Assembly (NCBI GenBank): GCA_963664705.1
Contig: OY761556.1
Location: forward strand, 4,800,001-4,864,000
DNA from: Acidobacteriota bacterium
Lineage (GTDB): Bacteria > Acidobacteriota > UBA6911
Direction of reading: 5' to 3'
Length of the DNA stretch: 64,000 bases
Shown here: positions 1 to 9,741 of the stretch, piece after piece
Numbering within the stretch: position 1 is the stretch's first letter
Layout: each line of letters starts with the position of its first letter
Position numbers and translations under genes: made by a program
Notes under the pieces: generated by a model
Seen by the model: the letters and a program-made list of their open reading frames with translations, nothing else
What the model was told of the DNA's origin: nothing
Databases searched by the model: none

Positions 1-2
1 AA

Positions 3-239
3 AAGTTGCTGCCGGATGTAATACTTATGGATATGAGTATGCCGGTTCTTAACGGGATTGAGGCCACGCGTACCATTAGCAGGGATTATCCCGAAATCAG
101 AATTATTGGACTGTCGATGTTTGAAGACTCTGAACGGGCACAAGCCATGCGGGATGCGGGCGCTTCCGATTATTTGATGAAAAGCGGACCCGCGGAAGAG
201 CTACTGCGTGCCATACGGGACGTTATTCATCATCGGTAA
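3..239 (+). CDS. Response regulator receiver domain, 3' part (truncated by window start)
   Basis: PDVILMDMSMPVLNGIEAT...IIGLS...YLMK REC motifs; the frame is open from the window edge. Confidence 0.85.
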   Translation, partial: KLLPDVILMDMSMPVLNGIEATRTISRDYPEIRIIGLSMFEDSERAQAMRDAGASDYLMKSGPAEELLRAIRDVIHHR

Positions 240-527
240 ATCTCGGATCCGTTGCACTGGGAGCGCCATCGCTCGCCGCAGCAAATTAAAAGCACCCCAC
301 ACCCGCACCATTCGTTTTGCAATACTGCCCAAAGTGTGATAATTAGAGCTCACTAACACGTTAACTATTGCAAGGCCCACTGCACATCATTCTGCGGTCT
401 ATGCTTTTGCGCTGAAGTCCGGATAGTCGATGCGTACGAATAGTCGAAAGTCAGTAATCATCCGGCAGTTCGAAAAATCTATTTGAGTTATTTGTCTGAA
501 TCGCTGTGCAAGGGTTGGAGCGGGATT

Positions 528-3500
528 ATGCGAATGAACAGCTATTCGAGAACGATTGCGGCGGTAGCACTTCCCTTTCTGGCATGCGGAGTTCAATGGT
601 CTCTTTGGCAAACCCTAAGCCCCTTCGTCTGGTTCCTGTTTTTTCCCACGGTATTTTTCAGCGCATGGCTTGGCGGCATGGTGGGAGGACTTCTTTCCAC
701 AATTATCTCGGCAACACTTGTCTGGTACGTCTTCATTCCGTCCCAATTCTCATGGACTCTAAAAAATTACAGCAATGCCTATTCGGTAATCATGTTCCTT
801 GGCATGGGCTGGCTATTCAGTTGGGTGTTCACAAGGCTCAGCCGAACAACCCGGCAACTCATGAATTCGAATGAGCAGATTACGCAGCTCTATGAGAAGA
901 CCAAGGAAATCGACACACTCAAAACTCAATTCTTTGCCAATATCAGTCACGAGTTGAGAACTCCGCTTGCCCTCATCCTGGGGCCGACCTCGAAATGGCT
1001 CCGCGAAAAGGCCCTGGATGAGAACCTACGGAATGATATCGAGATCATCAATCGAAATGCGCAACTGCTTCATCATCATGTGGATGAGCTGCTCGACTTT
1101 GCGAAGCTGGAAGATGGCAAGATGGGCTTATTGTACGCGAAGACTGATCTGGCCCACCAGATACGAATGCTGGCCTCCTACTTTGCACTGCTTGCTGATG
1201 AGCAACGCATAAATTTTTCAGTGCATGCGGATGACCCCGTGGATGCAGAGGTCGATCTGGAAAAATTCCATCGGATCGTATTAAACGTTCTTTCCAATGC
1301 CTTCAAGTTCACGCCGGAAGGCGGAGCGATATCGGTGGATCTGCGGAGCATGACGGATCTGGTGCTTATCCGTATCAGCGATACGGGACCGGGTATTCCG
1401 GAGGGGAGACAGGAATCGATCTTCGAAGCATTCAGGCAATTGGAGGAAACATCGACGCGCACTCACGGCGGGACGGGACTTGGCCTGTCCATAGCGAAGG
1501 AGTTCGTCAAGTTGCATGGAGGGACCATATCGGTCAAAAACCGGGAAACCGGTGGTTCGGAGTTTTCCATCGTCCTTCCTAACAAGGCACCTCTGGGAAC
1601 CAAGATATCGAGCCTGACACCGGAAAAAGCCACGCAGATGGAGGATCTGGGCAATCATCTTTCGGCAGAATTGCGGCATGCGCTGAAACCTGCACCTTCT
1701 GATCTGCCCTCAGACGCCGAAAGACCACTCATCCTGGTCGTTGAAGATAACGTGGATATGAATCAGTTCATCTGTTCTGTTCTGCAGCCCGGCTTTCGTG
1801 TGGTTGTCGCCTATGATGGAAAAGAAGGCGTAGCCAAGGCACTGGCAAACAAGCCGGACCTTATCGTTACCGACATTATGATGCCGGGTACGAGCGGCGA
1901 AATGATGCTCCAGGAAATTCAGTGTCATCCAGAACTTGAACATACTCCCATTATCATCCTCACTGCAAAAGCAGATGATTCACTGCAACTCAGGATGTTG
2001 CAGGAAGGCATCCGCGATTACATCCAGAAGCCTTTTCTGCCGGAGGTCCTGTTAGCCAAAGTTTCTACCATCGTGAATGAACACCAGGACACCGTCCGGA
2101 AATTGCGGGAAGGAGACCTCAAGCTCGAAAAGGCATTCCAGAATGCACCCGTCATGCTGGCGATCATGGATCAGGAAACCGGCAGGTACCTTGAGGTAAA
2201 TGACGAAGTCCTGCGAGCTTCGGGATATGAGCGTAAAGAGATCCTGGGGCGATCCGACACTGAAATTGGCTGGAGTTACCCGGAGAACCAGCTGCGGATG
2301 CTTTCAGAAATACATGAAAAGGGCCGGATACGCAGAATGGAACTGCAGCTCAGAACGAAAGACGGCCATACAATCATTGGGCGCGTGAATGGTGAAATCA
2401 TTTCTATTTCCGGGAAAGATGCGCTGCTGACCGTAACAGAGGACATTACAGATCAGGTTAAGATCGCCGAAAAGCTTACGGAATCAAACCGCCGCCTGTC
2501 GCTCGCCCTGGATTCCGCGGAGCTGGCTGTCTGGGATTGGGATGTGCGCAATAATACGATGTATTGGGATAACCGGATGTTTGAATTATATGGAGTGACC
2601 AGAACTGCATTCTCTTCCAATATTGATGCATGGCATGGTGGACTTCATCCGGAGGACAAGGATTGCGCCATTGCGGAATGTAATGCGGCTCTCGCAGGGA
2701 CGCGGACTTTTGATACCACGTTTCGGGTCAAGCCTCCTAATGGAACGACCAAATACATAAAGGCGAATGGCACTGTTGTTCGAGACATGGACGGCAAAGC
2801 GATTCGGATGCTGGGAGTCAATCGGGACATTACCGCGGCCACCCTGGCAGCAGCCGAAAAGGCGCAGCTCGAAGCAAGGCTTCAACATGCGCAAAAAATG
2901 GAAGCTATCGGTACGCTCGCGGGCGGCATTGCTCATGACTTCAATAATCTGCTCGGCGCCATCATGGGAAATACGGAGCTTTGCCTCATGAGTCTGCCTG
3001 AAGAGGGCGAAATCACAGAGAACCTTCGGGATGTCATGGCTGCATCCGAACGGGCCAAAGCGCTTGTACAGCAGATCCTGGCATTCAGCAGAAAAAGAGA
3101 GAGGCGAATCTCGCCGGTAGACATTAACCAAATCGTTACTGAAGCCATGAAGCTTCTGATTTCCGTAATACCCAAAACAATTGATATACAGCTGGAACTC
3201 AACGCGGATGGAGGCACTGTCCTGGCGGATGCGACGGAGCTTCACCAGGTGGTTATGAATCTGTGCACAAATGCCTATCAGGCTATGGCGGAAACCGGCG
3301 GTGTTTTAAAAGTGACGCTATCGAAATTGCGCGTGGACAATCGCGAAACGGATGCGGTTCCGAATCTCACCCAGGGGAGTTATATACGCCTCACCGTTAC
3401 CGATTCAGGGCCCGGCATGGATGAACAGACTTTGGCCAGAATTTTTGAACCTTACTTTACAACCAAAGTGCACGGGAAAGGGACGGGACTCGGGCTTGCC

Positions 3501-4016
3501 CTCGTTCATGGCATTGTCTATGCGCTAAAGGGAACGATTCAGGTCTTTAGCACCCCGGGGCAGGGGACTTCCTTTGCTGTCTATCTTCCTCAGCAGGAGG
3601 AGCCTTCGTGCGAAGCGGATTCGCAGGATAGAGCGGCTTCGAGCGGCAATGGCCGCATCCTTCTTGTGGACGATGAACCGTCACTCGCCCGGCTGGGCAG
3701 AAAGATACTCGAGGGTCTTGGTTATGCTGTCCAGGAATGCACTGACCCGATGGAGGCAATCCACCTTTTTGAGAGCGGTCCCTTCAGCTTCGACGCAATT
3801 GTTACAGACCAAACCATGCCTGGTTTAACGGGATCGGACCTCATTCAAAAGATCAAGGATATCAGGCCCGAAATGGCTGCGGTTCTGTGTACGGGATTCA
3901 GTGAGTTGATGGACGCGACCCGGGCAACGGAGCAAGGCATAAAATTCGTTCAAAAGCCTTATACCCGGGACAGCCTTGGCATTGCCCTTGCGGAAGCCAT
4001 TTCAGGTCGTGAATGA
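528..4016 (+). CDS. Membrane hybrid histidine kinase with two kinase-receiver modules (TM/DUF4118-like, HisKA, HATPase, REC, PAS, PAS, HisKA, HATPase, REC)
   Basis: N-terminal TM helices; H-boxes ISHELRTPL and IAHDFNNLL; G-boxes GTGLGL twice; two REC domains. ATG 528 follows GGAG (ORF track start 483). Confidence 0.9.
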   Translation: MRMNSYSRTIAAVALPFLACGVQWSLWQTLSPFVWFLFFPTVFFSAWLGGMVGGLLSTIISATLVWYVFIPSQFSWTLKNYSNAYSVIMFLGMGWLFSWVFTRLSRTTRQLMNSNEQITQLYEKTKEIDTLKTQFFANISHELRTPLALILGPTSKWLREKALDENLRNDIEIINRNAQLLHHHVDELLDFAKLEDGKMGLLYAKTDLAHQIRMLASYFALLADEQRINFSVHADDPVDAEVDLEKFHRIVLNVLSNAFKFTPEGGAISVDLRSMTDLVLIRISDTGPGIPEGRQESIFEAFRQLEETSTRTHGGTGLGLSIAKEFVKLHGGTISVKNRETGGSEFSIVLPNKAPLGTKISSLTPEKATQMEDLGNHLSAELRHALKPAPSDLPSDAERPLILVVEDNVDMNQFICSVLQPGFRVVVAYDGKEGVAKALANKPDLIVTDIMMPGTSGEMMLQEIQCHPELEHTPIIILTAKADDSLQLRMLQEGIRDYIQKPFLPEVLLAKVSTIVNEHQDTVRKLREGDLKLEKAFQNAPVMLAIMDQETGRYLEVNDEVLRASGYERKEILGRSDTEIGWSYPENQLRMLSEIHEKGRIRRMELQLRTKDGHTIIGRVNGEIISISGKDALLTVTEDITDQVKIAEKLTESNRRLSLALDSAELAVWDWDVRNNTMYWDNRMFELYGVTRTAFSSNIDAWHGGLHPEDKDCAIAECNAALAGTRTFDTTFRVKPPNGTTKYIKANGTVVRDMDGKAIRMLGVNRDITAATLAAAEKAQLEARLQHAQKMEAIGTLAGGIAHDFNNLLGAIMGNTELCLMSLPEEGEITENLRDVMAASERAKALVQQILAFSRKRERRISPVDINQIVTEAMKLLISVIPKTIDIQLELNADGGTVLADATELHQVVMNLCTNAYQAMAETGGVLKVTLSKLRVDNRETDAVPNLTQGSYIRLTVTDSGPGMDEQTLARIFEPYFTTKVHGKGTGLGLALVHGIVYALKGTIQVFSTPGQGTSFAVYLPQQEEPSCEADSQDRAASSGNGRILLVDDEPSLARLGRKILEGLGYAVQECTDPMEAIHLFESGPFSFDAIVTDQTMPGLTGSDLIQKIKDIRPEMAAVLCTGFSELMDATRATEQGIKFVQKPYTRDSLGIALAEAISGRE

Positions 4017-4020
4017 TTTC

Positions 4021-4345
4021 CCGGGAGCGCCGGCGTTTCGCCTAAGGTCATTTGCCTTTTTTCGGGCGTTTTTCTTTCGCCCCTTCAGGGCTCCTATTTT
4101 TTCATTATTCTACCAGGGGTTCGCTCCGCTCACCCCTGGCTACAATCTGCCGCGCCTCCGGCGCTTAGTGTAGATGGAACAAAGTTCCAGCGCCGGAGGC
4201 GCGAAAGATAGTAGCCCCGGGCGAGCTTGCGAGCCCGGGGTTATATTCCGGGCTCAAAGAGCCCTGAAGGGGCGAAAGAACGGCAATTGCAAAAAAGGCC
4301 ATTGGCATTAGGCATCTCGCCGGCAAGAGCCGCAGTGGGCCCCGG
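4021..4345. repeat. Composite REP/REPIN-like palindrome cluster
   Basis: Contains CCAGGGGTTCGCTCCGCTCACCCCTGGCTAC, GTAGCCCCGGGCGAGCTTGCGAGCCCGGGG, GCCC(T)GAAGGG hairpins and GGGAGCGCCGGCG; about 4150-4272 recurs inverted at about 14321-14443. Confidence 0.8.
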
Positions 4346-4538
4346 CTTCATTTCGTTATTCAACCTGCAAAAAGTATCCGTCACCCGGCTGGACGCGAAC
4401 GCTCCCAACAGTTTTGCTCCCAATAAAGACAGGTATGGAGTAAAATCACCCTTCATCGAAAACCTTCATAATCGCCTCATACGACGAGCCAGTACTGTTG
4501 GCGCTGAGTCGGGTGAAGTTTGTCCGAAAGGAAGCAGT

Positions 4539-7500
4539 ATGCAGTCCGGCAGTGGTAACGATCGGCAAGGTCAGAAGGATGCCAGAGAAAATTCATCGGA
4601 GCGGCAATCACCGATTGCTATCGATGTGTTCATCCAGGCTTTCCGATCCAACCCCGCTGCCATTGTGATTACTCGCGCCCGGGATGGTTTAATCCTGGAA
4701 ATAAACGAATCCTGTGAATCCCTTTTCGGGTTTAGTCGTGATGAAGTCATCGGGCGCACTACCCAGGATTTGAATCTTTGGCCCGACAAAGATAAGCGCC
4801 GTCACCTTGAAGAAGCCCTGCGCAAAACCGGAAGCCTGCGGAGCCAGGAGGTAACGATACGAAATGCTTCGGGCCTCCCCTTTACTGCATTGGTCTCGGC
4901 GGAATTGATGACGATCTCGGGAGAGGATGTCCTGATCACGACATGGCAGGACATAACCGCCAAAAAGCAGACCGAGAATGCCCTTTTGGAGAGCAACAAA
5001 AAACTGGAAATGGCATTGCGCTCAGCAGGGATGGGGGTTTGGCGGCTGGACTTGCCCGAGCGCAAACCCTTCTTCGATGATCAGACCTGTCGGCTCCTCG
5101 GAATCAACCCGGCCGATTTCAATAACACCTCGGCAGAGTTCTTTGCGGCGGTTCATCCGGAGGATCGAAACAATCTGGCTTCCGCCATCACTCAGGCAAT
5201 CCGGACAAATTCTGCGTACAAAGCGGATTACCGGGCAGTGTGGCCGGACGGGAGCATTCATTTCCTGACTTCAAGAGGACAACTGTTTTTGAAGGAGGAT
5301 GGGCAACAATGGATCAATGGACTGGTCTGGGACGTCTCCGAAAGAAAGAGAGGCGAGGACCAGTTATCGCGCAGTGAAAACCTGCTGCGCGCCGTTACAG
5401 ATAACTCACCGGAAGCGATCTATGTCAAAGACCGAGACAGTCGATGGTTGATGGCAAATCCCACGGTCCTGCATATCGTGGGAAGAGATGCTTCGGAGGC
5501 TCTGGGCAAAACCGATCTGGAATTATACGACGATCAGAAGATCGGCCAGGCAATCCTGGAAAATGACCGCCGCATCATGGAGTGCGGCGCATCGGAAGCA
5601 TTCGAGGAACTCGCGGACACGCCTGAAGGCAGGCGTACATTTCTATCGATCAAGGCTCCCTGGCGCGATGGTGCAGGAAAAGTCATCGGAGTAGTCGGGA
5701 TATCCCACGATATCACCGAGCGCAAGAGAGCAGAAAAAGCCCTGCGGGACCAGGATGAGAGGATGCAGGCTCTATTCAAGCATCCCAACATCGGCATCGT
5801 AATCACTTCTCCTCAGAAGGGATGGCTGGAGGTCAATGACGCATGGTGCCAGATGATCGGGTACTCCAGGGATGAGCTGAAAGAAATCGACTGGCCCGCC
5901 GTTACGCACCCGGAAGATCTTCAAGAGGATTTGAATCAATTCGAACGCCTGCTTTCCGGGGCAATCGACGGGTATCTGCTTCAAAAACGATTCATTCGCA
6001 AGGACGGGACAATTCTGTATACGGAGATTTCGGTCGCCTGCGTACGGCGGGCGGACAGATATCCAGAATACATGGTGACCCTTATTCGCGATATAACCGC
6101 CAGGAAAGAAGCAGAAGAGGCGCTGCGGGTTTCCGAGGAAAAATTTTCACTGGCCTTCTCCGGAAACCCTGCTGCCATTGCTCTGACGCGAATGAGTGAT
6201 GGCGCATTCCTTGAAGTCAACGACACGTGGCTGCGACTGAGCGGCTACGATCGTGAAGAACTGATCGGCGGCTCCATCCGACTCATGGATCTCTGGCCGG
6301 ACTCCAGTGTCAGCGATCTGTTTCACGGTGAGTTGAAGCGAAAAGGGTCCCTGCATGGCTGGGAACAGGAATTCCGAAAAAGATCGGGAGAACTATCTCA
6401 TGGCCAGCTCTCTTCAAACGTGCTGAGCGTTCGAGGAGAACCGGTCATCCTGACTACCCTGATTGACATCACCAAGCGAAAGCTCGCGGAAAAAGAACTG
6501 ACCGAAACCACACAACGCCTTCACCTTGCAACCGCGGCCGCCAAGGCAGGGGTTTGGGACTGGCATCTCAGGACCAATGAAATGATTTGGGACGCCCGGA
6601 TGCTCGAGCTTTACGGGTTGACGCCGGACACCTTTCCTGGCGGAGTGGAAGCATGGGAGCACCAGTTGCACCCGGACGATTTGGTCAATGCCCTTGAGGA
6701 TTGCCAGTCCGCCTTGCGGGGAGAAAGAGATTTCGATACCGAATTTCGCGTCAAGCATCCCGACGGCTCTGTGGTACATATCCAGGCGAACGGACTCGTT
6801 CTTCGTGACGGACAAGGCGAGCCTTTTCGCATGATTGGATTGAACACAGACATCACGGAAATACGCAGGACAGAAGCGGAGAAGGCAAAGCTCGAAAGCC
6901 AGTTGCAGCAAGCCCAGAAAATGGAATCCGTCGGCCGGCTGGCGGGCGGAGTCGCCCATGACTATAACAATATGCTGGGAGTGATTCTCGGACATACAGA
7001 GCTGGCATTGGAACAGGTGCTGCCTTCGCAGCCTTTATACGACGACCTGATTGAGATTCAGAAAGCCGCGCAGCGATCCGCAGACCTGACCAGGCAACTG
7101 TTGGCTTTCGCCAGAAAACAGCCCGTTGCCCCGCAGATGCTGAATCTGAATGAAAGTTTGTCGGTAATGGCACGAATGCTGCAGCGCCTTATCGGCGAAG
7201 CGATTCGAATCGACTGGAAACCGGGCAATGATCTGTGGTCGATCCAGATCGATCCATCGCAGATAGACCAGATTATGGCAAACCTTGCAATCAATGCGCG
7301 GGATGCCATTCAGGGAGTCGGCGTCCTGACAATTGAGACCGCTAATGTCACGCTTTCCGAAGAATACTGCGTCACCCACAAAAATTTCAGGCCGGGAGAC
7401 TACGTGCTTCTCACCGTAGGGGATACGGGAAGCGGCATGAACGAGGAAACGCTGCAGCACATCTTTGAACCATTCTTTACTACCAAGGAAATCGGCAAGG

Positions 7501-8033
7501 GCACTGGATTGGGGCTATCAACCGTATACGGAATTATAAGACAAAACAGCGGGCATATTACGGTGGAAAGCCGGCCAGGGATGGGAACAGCGTTCAGAAT
7601 CTACCTGCCCCGATTCCGGGGCAGCATCATGGAAACATCGGAGAAGCTTCGCGCGGTAGCAAAGGGCCAGGGGATTGTTCTGCTGGTGGAAGATGAAGGA
7701 TCCATTCTGAGGCTGACCACCAGAATGCTGGAGGGGCTGGGGTATACGGTTCTGCCCGCATCCACACCGGATGAAGCCATCTACCTTGCGCAGGAATATG
7801 GCGGAGTCATTAATATATTGCTGACGGATATCGTGATGCCGAACATGAATGGCCGGGATCTGGCGAATCGGCTGTTATCTCTCCATCCCAGGATATCAAC
7901 CGTTTTCATGTCCGGGTGGACGGCCGATATCATCGCGCACCAGGGCATCATGGAACCGGGGATTCATTTCCTTCAGAAGCCCTTCTCGAGACAACAGCTA
8001 GCGGAAACACTGCAACGAGCGTCCCAGCACTGA
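4539..8033 (+). CDS. Cytoplasmic multi-PAS hybrid histidine kinase (about 6 PAS, HisKA, HATPase, REC)
   Basis: Repeated PAS/PAC ends (DIT.RK); H-box VAHDYNNML; GTGLGL; C-terminal REC. The upstream ORF extension from 4227 runs through REP DNA, so ATG 4539 is preferred. Confidence 0.9.
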   Translation: MQSGSGNDRQGQKDARENSSERQSPIAIDVFIQAFRSNPAAIVITRARDGLILEINESCESLFGFSRDEVIGRTTQDLNLWPDKDKRRHLEEALRKTGSLRSQEVTIRNASGLPFTALVSAELMTISGEDVLITTWQDITAKKQTENALLESNKKLEMALRSAGMGVWRLDLPERKPFFDDQTCRLLGINPADFNNTSAEFFAAVHPEDRNNLASAITQAIRTNSAYKADYRAVWPDGSIHFLTSRGQLFLKEDGQQWINGLVWDVSERKRGEDQLSRSENLLRAVTDNSPEAIYVKDRDSRWLMANPTVLHIVGRDASEALGKTDLELYDDQKIGQAILENDRRIMECGASEAFEELADTPEGRRTFLSIKAPWRDGAGKVIGVVGISHDITERKRAEKALRDQDERMQALFKHPNIGIVITSPQKGWLEVNDAWCQMIGYSRDELKEIDWPAVTHPEDLQEDLNQFERLLSGAIDGYLLQKRFIRKDGTILYTEISVACVRRADRYPEYMVTLIRDITARKEAEEALRVSEEKFSLAFSGNPAAIALTRMSDGAFLEVNDTWLRLSGYDREELIGGSIRLMDLWPDSSVSDLFHGELKRKGSLHGWEQEFRKRSGELSHGQLSSNVLSVRGEPVILTTLIDITKRKLAEKELTETTQRLHLATAAAKAGVWDWHLRTNEMIWDARMLELYGLTPDTFPGGVEAWEHQLHPDDLVNALEDCQSALRGERDFDTEFRVKHPDGSVVHIQANGLVLRDGQGEPFRMIGLNTDITEIRRTEAEKAKLESQLQQAQKMESVGRLAGGVAHDYNNMLGVILGHTELALEQVLPSQPLYDDLIEIQKAAQRSADLTRQLLAFARKQPVAPQMLNLNESLSVMARMLQRLIGEAIRIDWKPGNDLWSIQIDPSQIDQIMANLAINARDAIQGVGVLTIETANVTLSEEYCVTHKNFRPGDYVLLTVGDTGSGMNEETLQHIFEPFFTTKEIGKGTGLGLSTVYGIIRQNSGHITVESRPGMGTAFRIYLPRFRGSIMETSEKLRAVAKGQGIVLLVEDEGSILRLTTRMLEGLGYTVLPASTPDEAIYLAQEYGGVINILLTDIVMPNMNGRDLANRLLSLHPRISTVFMSGWTADIIAHQGIMEPGIHFLQKPFSRQQLAETLQRASQH

Positions 8034-8043
8034 ACTGAGGATT

Positions 8044-8275
8044 GACGCCGGCGCCCACTGAGAGACCGCGTCTCGCCCAATGCTATTTACTTTTTCGGGC
8101 GCTTTGCTTTCGCCCTTAGGAGGGCTCTTTCTCGCGCATATCTCTACCGGGGGTTCGCTGCGCTTCACCCCTGGCCATTTTCTGACCGCGCCTCTGGGGC
8201 TGATTTGATTGCGATTCCAAGTTTTCTGGGCAAATAGTAAGCGGCATCGGCCGCGACCGCTAGGCTCCCGGTGAA
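8044..8275. repeat. REP-like composite element, partial, between convergent genes
   Basis: TACCGGGGGTTCGCTGCGCTTCACCCCTGGC at about 8145-8175; the 8196-8248 flank is the reverse complement of the flank at about 41860-41908. Confidence 0.75.
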
Positions 8276-8285
8276 TCGGTAATCC

Positions 8286-9407
8286 TTATGCGCAGCGCAG
8301 GACGCCCCTGGCCCAGAGGCAGTCGCCGCAGACGGGGAAGGGATTTCCCTGACAATCCTTTTCGTTTTTCTCGGAGTCTTCACAACCGCCGCAATCGACG
8401 CAAGGAGAAAACTCAAACTTTCTCACCCGCTCACGAAAGGCCGCATAATCAGGCTGAAGCCAAATCGACCTCAGGGATTGTTCTTTCAGACTGCCATATT
8501 CGCAATGCCGGAAAAACTTCTTCCAGCCTCTGACATAGCAGGTGTACGAATGGAGCAAGGGCGGACACGGGCTCACACTGCCGTGACAGGACAGAGCCAG
8601 GCTGCCAGGCCGGATGAACGGACAGTAATTGTTTCTCTGATTCAGATCGATGTCGAGATAGCTCAGATTGGATCGCTCACTTGCGATTGCACCGATCGAT
8701 TTCATGATCTCCGGGTCCCAATCCATTTTGGGGATATGCCAGCGCGGGTTGCGATCATTCCCCTGGCCTTCGTAGCTGGTTGGTTCCAGGTTGTAGAGAA
8801 TCTCATTCTGAAGCTCGGCGGTATACGGCAATACATTCGAGACAATAACGAAAGAAGCGCGAATATTTTCGGCAATCTTCTGCAGGGCGGGCAACTCATG
8901 AATGTTGCTCTTCATCGCCACAAATTCAATTCCGACTCTGAGCGGCGTTGGCCGCGTCCTCTCGCTCAGTTGAAGTAATTTGCTCACATTGTCGCTAATC
9001 TCTTCCAACGTGGCGCCTGGCCTTACGGCGCCGAGCGATTCGTTGGACGTCCCGTCAATGGAGACGGTGTACTGGTCAAGACCCGCGCGAATCAACCGTT
9101 CGCTCAGCGACGGGGTGAGCAATAAAGCATTGCTCGTCATCTCGGTGCGCAGTCCATGAGCATGGGCGAGCCGGATCATATCGGGAAAACGCGGATGCAG
9201 CAGCGACTCCCCAAAACCGGCAAAGGCGATGGTTTTTGCTTCCGGGAAATCAACCAGTCCGTCGATCAGAGCCTGGTACACGGGCCAGGCGAGATCTTCA
9301 AATGATTCATCCCAGGAATGGCGGATACAGGTTACGCAGCTCAGATTGCAGCGGTTGGTCGGCTCCACGTAGATCTTTGTCAGCGGATCGGCGGATTGGT
9401 CCTGCAT
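8286..9407 (-). CDS. Radical SAM/SPASM protein, probable tungsten-cofactor oxidoreductase maturase (TIGR04317-like)
   Basis: CNLSCVTC radical SAM motif; Cys-rich C-terminus CVDCGGC...DC.GN.FPVCGDCLWA; directly downstream of AOR and MoaD. Confidence 0.8.
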   Translation of the reverse strand: MQDQSADPLTKIYVEPTNRCNLSCVTCIRHSWDESFEDLAWPVYQALIDGLVDFPEAKTIAFAGFGESLLHPRFPDMIRLAHAHGLRTEMTSNALLLTPSLSERLIRAGLDQYTVSIDGTSNESLGAVRPGATLEEISDNVSKLLQLSERTRPTPLRVGIEFVAMKSNIHELPALQKIAENIRASFVIVSNVLPYTAELQNEILYNLEPTSYEGQGNDRNPRWHIPKMDWDPEIMKSIGAIASERSNLSYLDIDLNQRNNYCPFIRPGSLALSCHGSVSPCPPLLHSYTCYVRGWKKFFRHCEYGSLKEQSLRSIWLQPDYAAFRERVRKFEFSPCVDCGGCEDSEKNEKDCQGNPFPVCGDCLWARGVLRCA

Positions 9408-9434
9408 TCTCTCTTTCTCTTCCCACGAAAACAA

Positions 9435-9486
9435 CGAAGACCGCGGAAAACACAGATATGATCTCCGTGCCTTCCGCGGTCTTCCG
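9435..9486. terminator. Stem-loop between moaD-like and radical SAM genes
   Basis: GAAGACCGCGGAA...TTCCGCGGTCTTC inverted repeat; no clear U-tract. Confidence 0.4.
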
Positions 9487-9498
9487 TGTTTTCAGCGG

Positions 9499-9723
9499 CT
9501 ACCCACCCTCTAAAAAGGGATAGAGCTTGATGGAGTCGCCGTCTTTAATGACGCTGTTCAGCGGAGCCCATGCATCATTGATGAGCAGCATGCCGACATC
9601 GTCATCGGTAAGCCCGAGTCTGGCTTCAAGCTGCGCCAGGCTGAGAGACTCACCGATATCCAGCGTGTCATGCCTTTTGCCCATCCGCTCTACCAGATTC
9701 AACCCGAACTCAATTTCAATCAT
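9499..9723 (-). CDS. MoaD/ThiS family sulfur carrier protein
   Basis: 74 aa, ubiquitin-like size, C-terminal LEGG di-glycine; adjacent to AOR. Confidence 0.9.
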   Translation of the reverse strand: MIEIEFGLNLVERMGKRHDTLDIGESLSLAQLEARLGLTDDDVGMLLINDAWAPLNSVIKDGDSIKLYPFLEGG

Positions 9724-9741
9724 ACCGTTCCCTTGGGCCTT

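Noticed and set aside
4227-4538. N-terminal extension of the 1268-aa kinase ORF
   Set aside because: It translates REP and intergenic DNA; the first PAS begins after ATG 4539
8286-9407. Radical SAM as anaerobic sulfatase maturase or RiPP maturase
   Set aside because: It is 20 kb from the sulfatases, no precursor peptide is visible, and its context and C-terminal Cys pattern fit AOR-linked proteins
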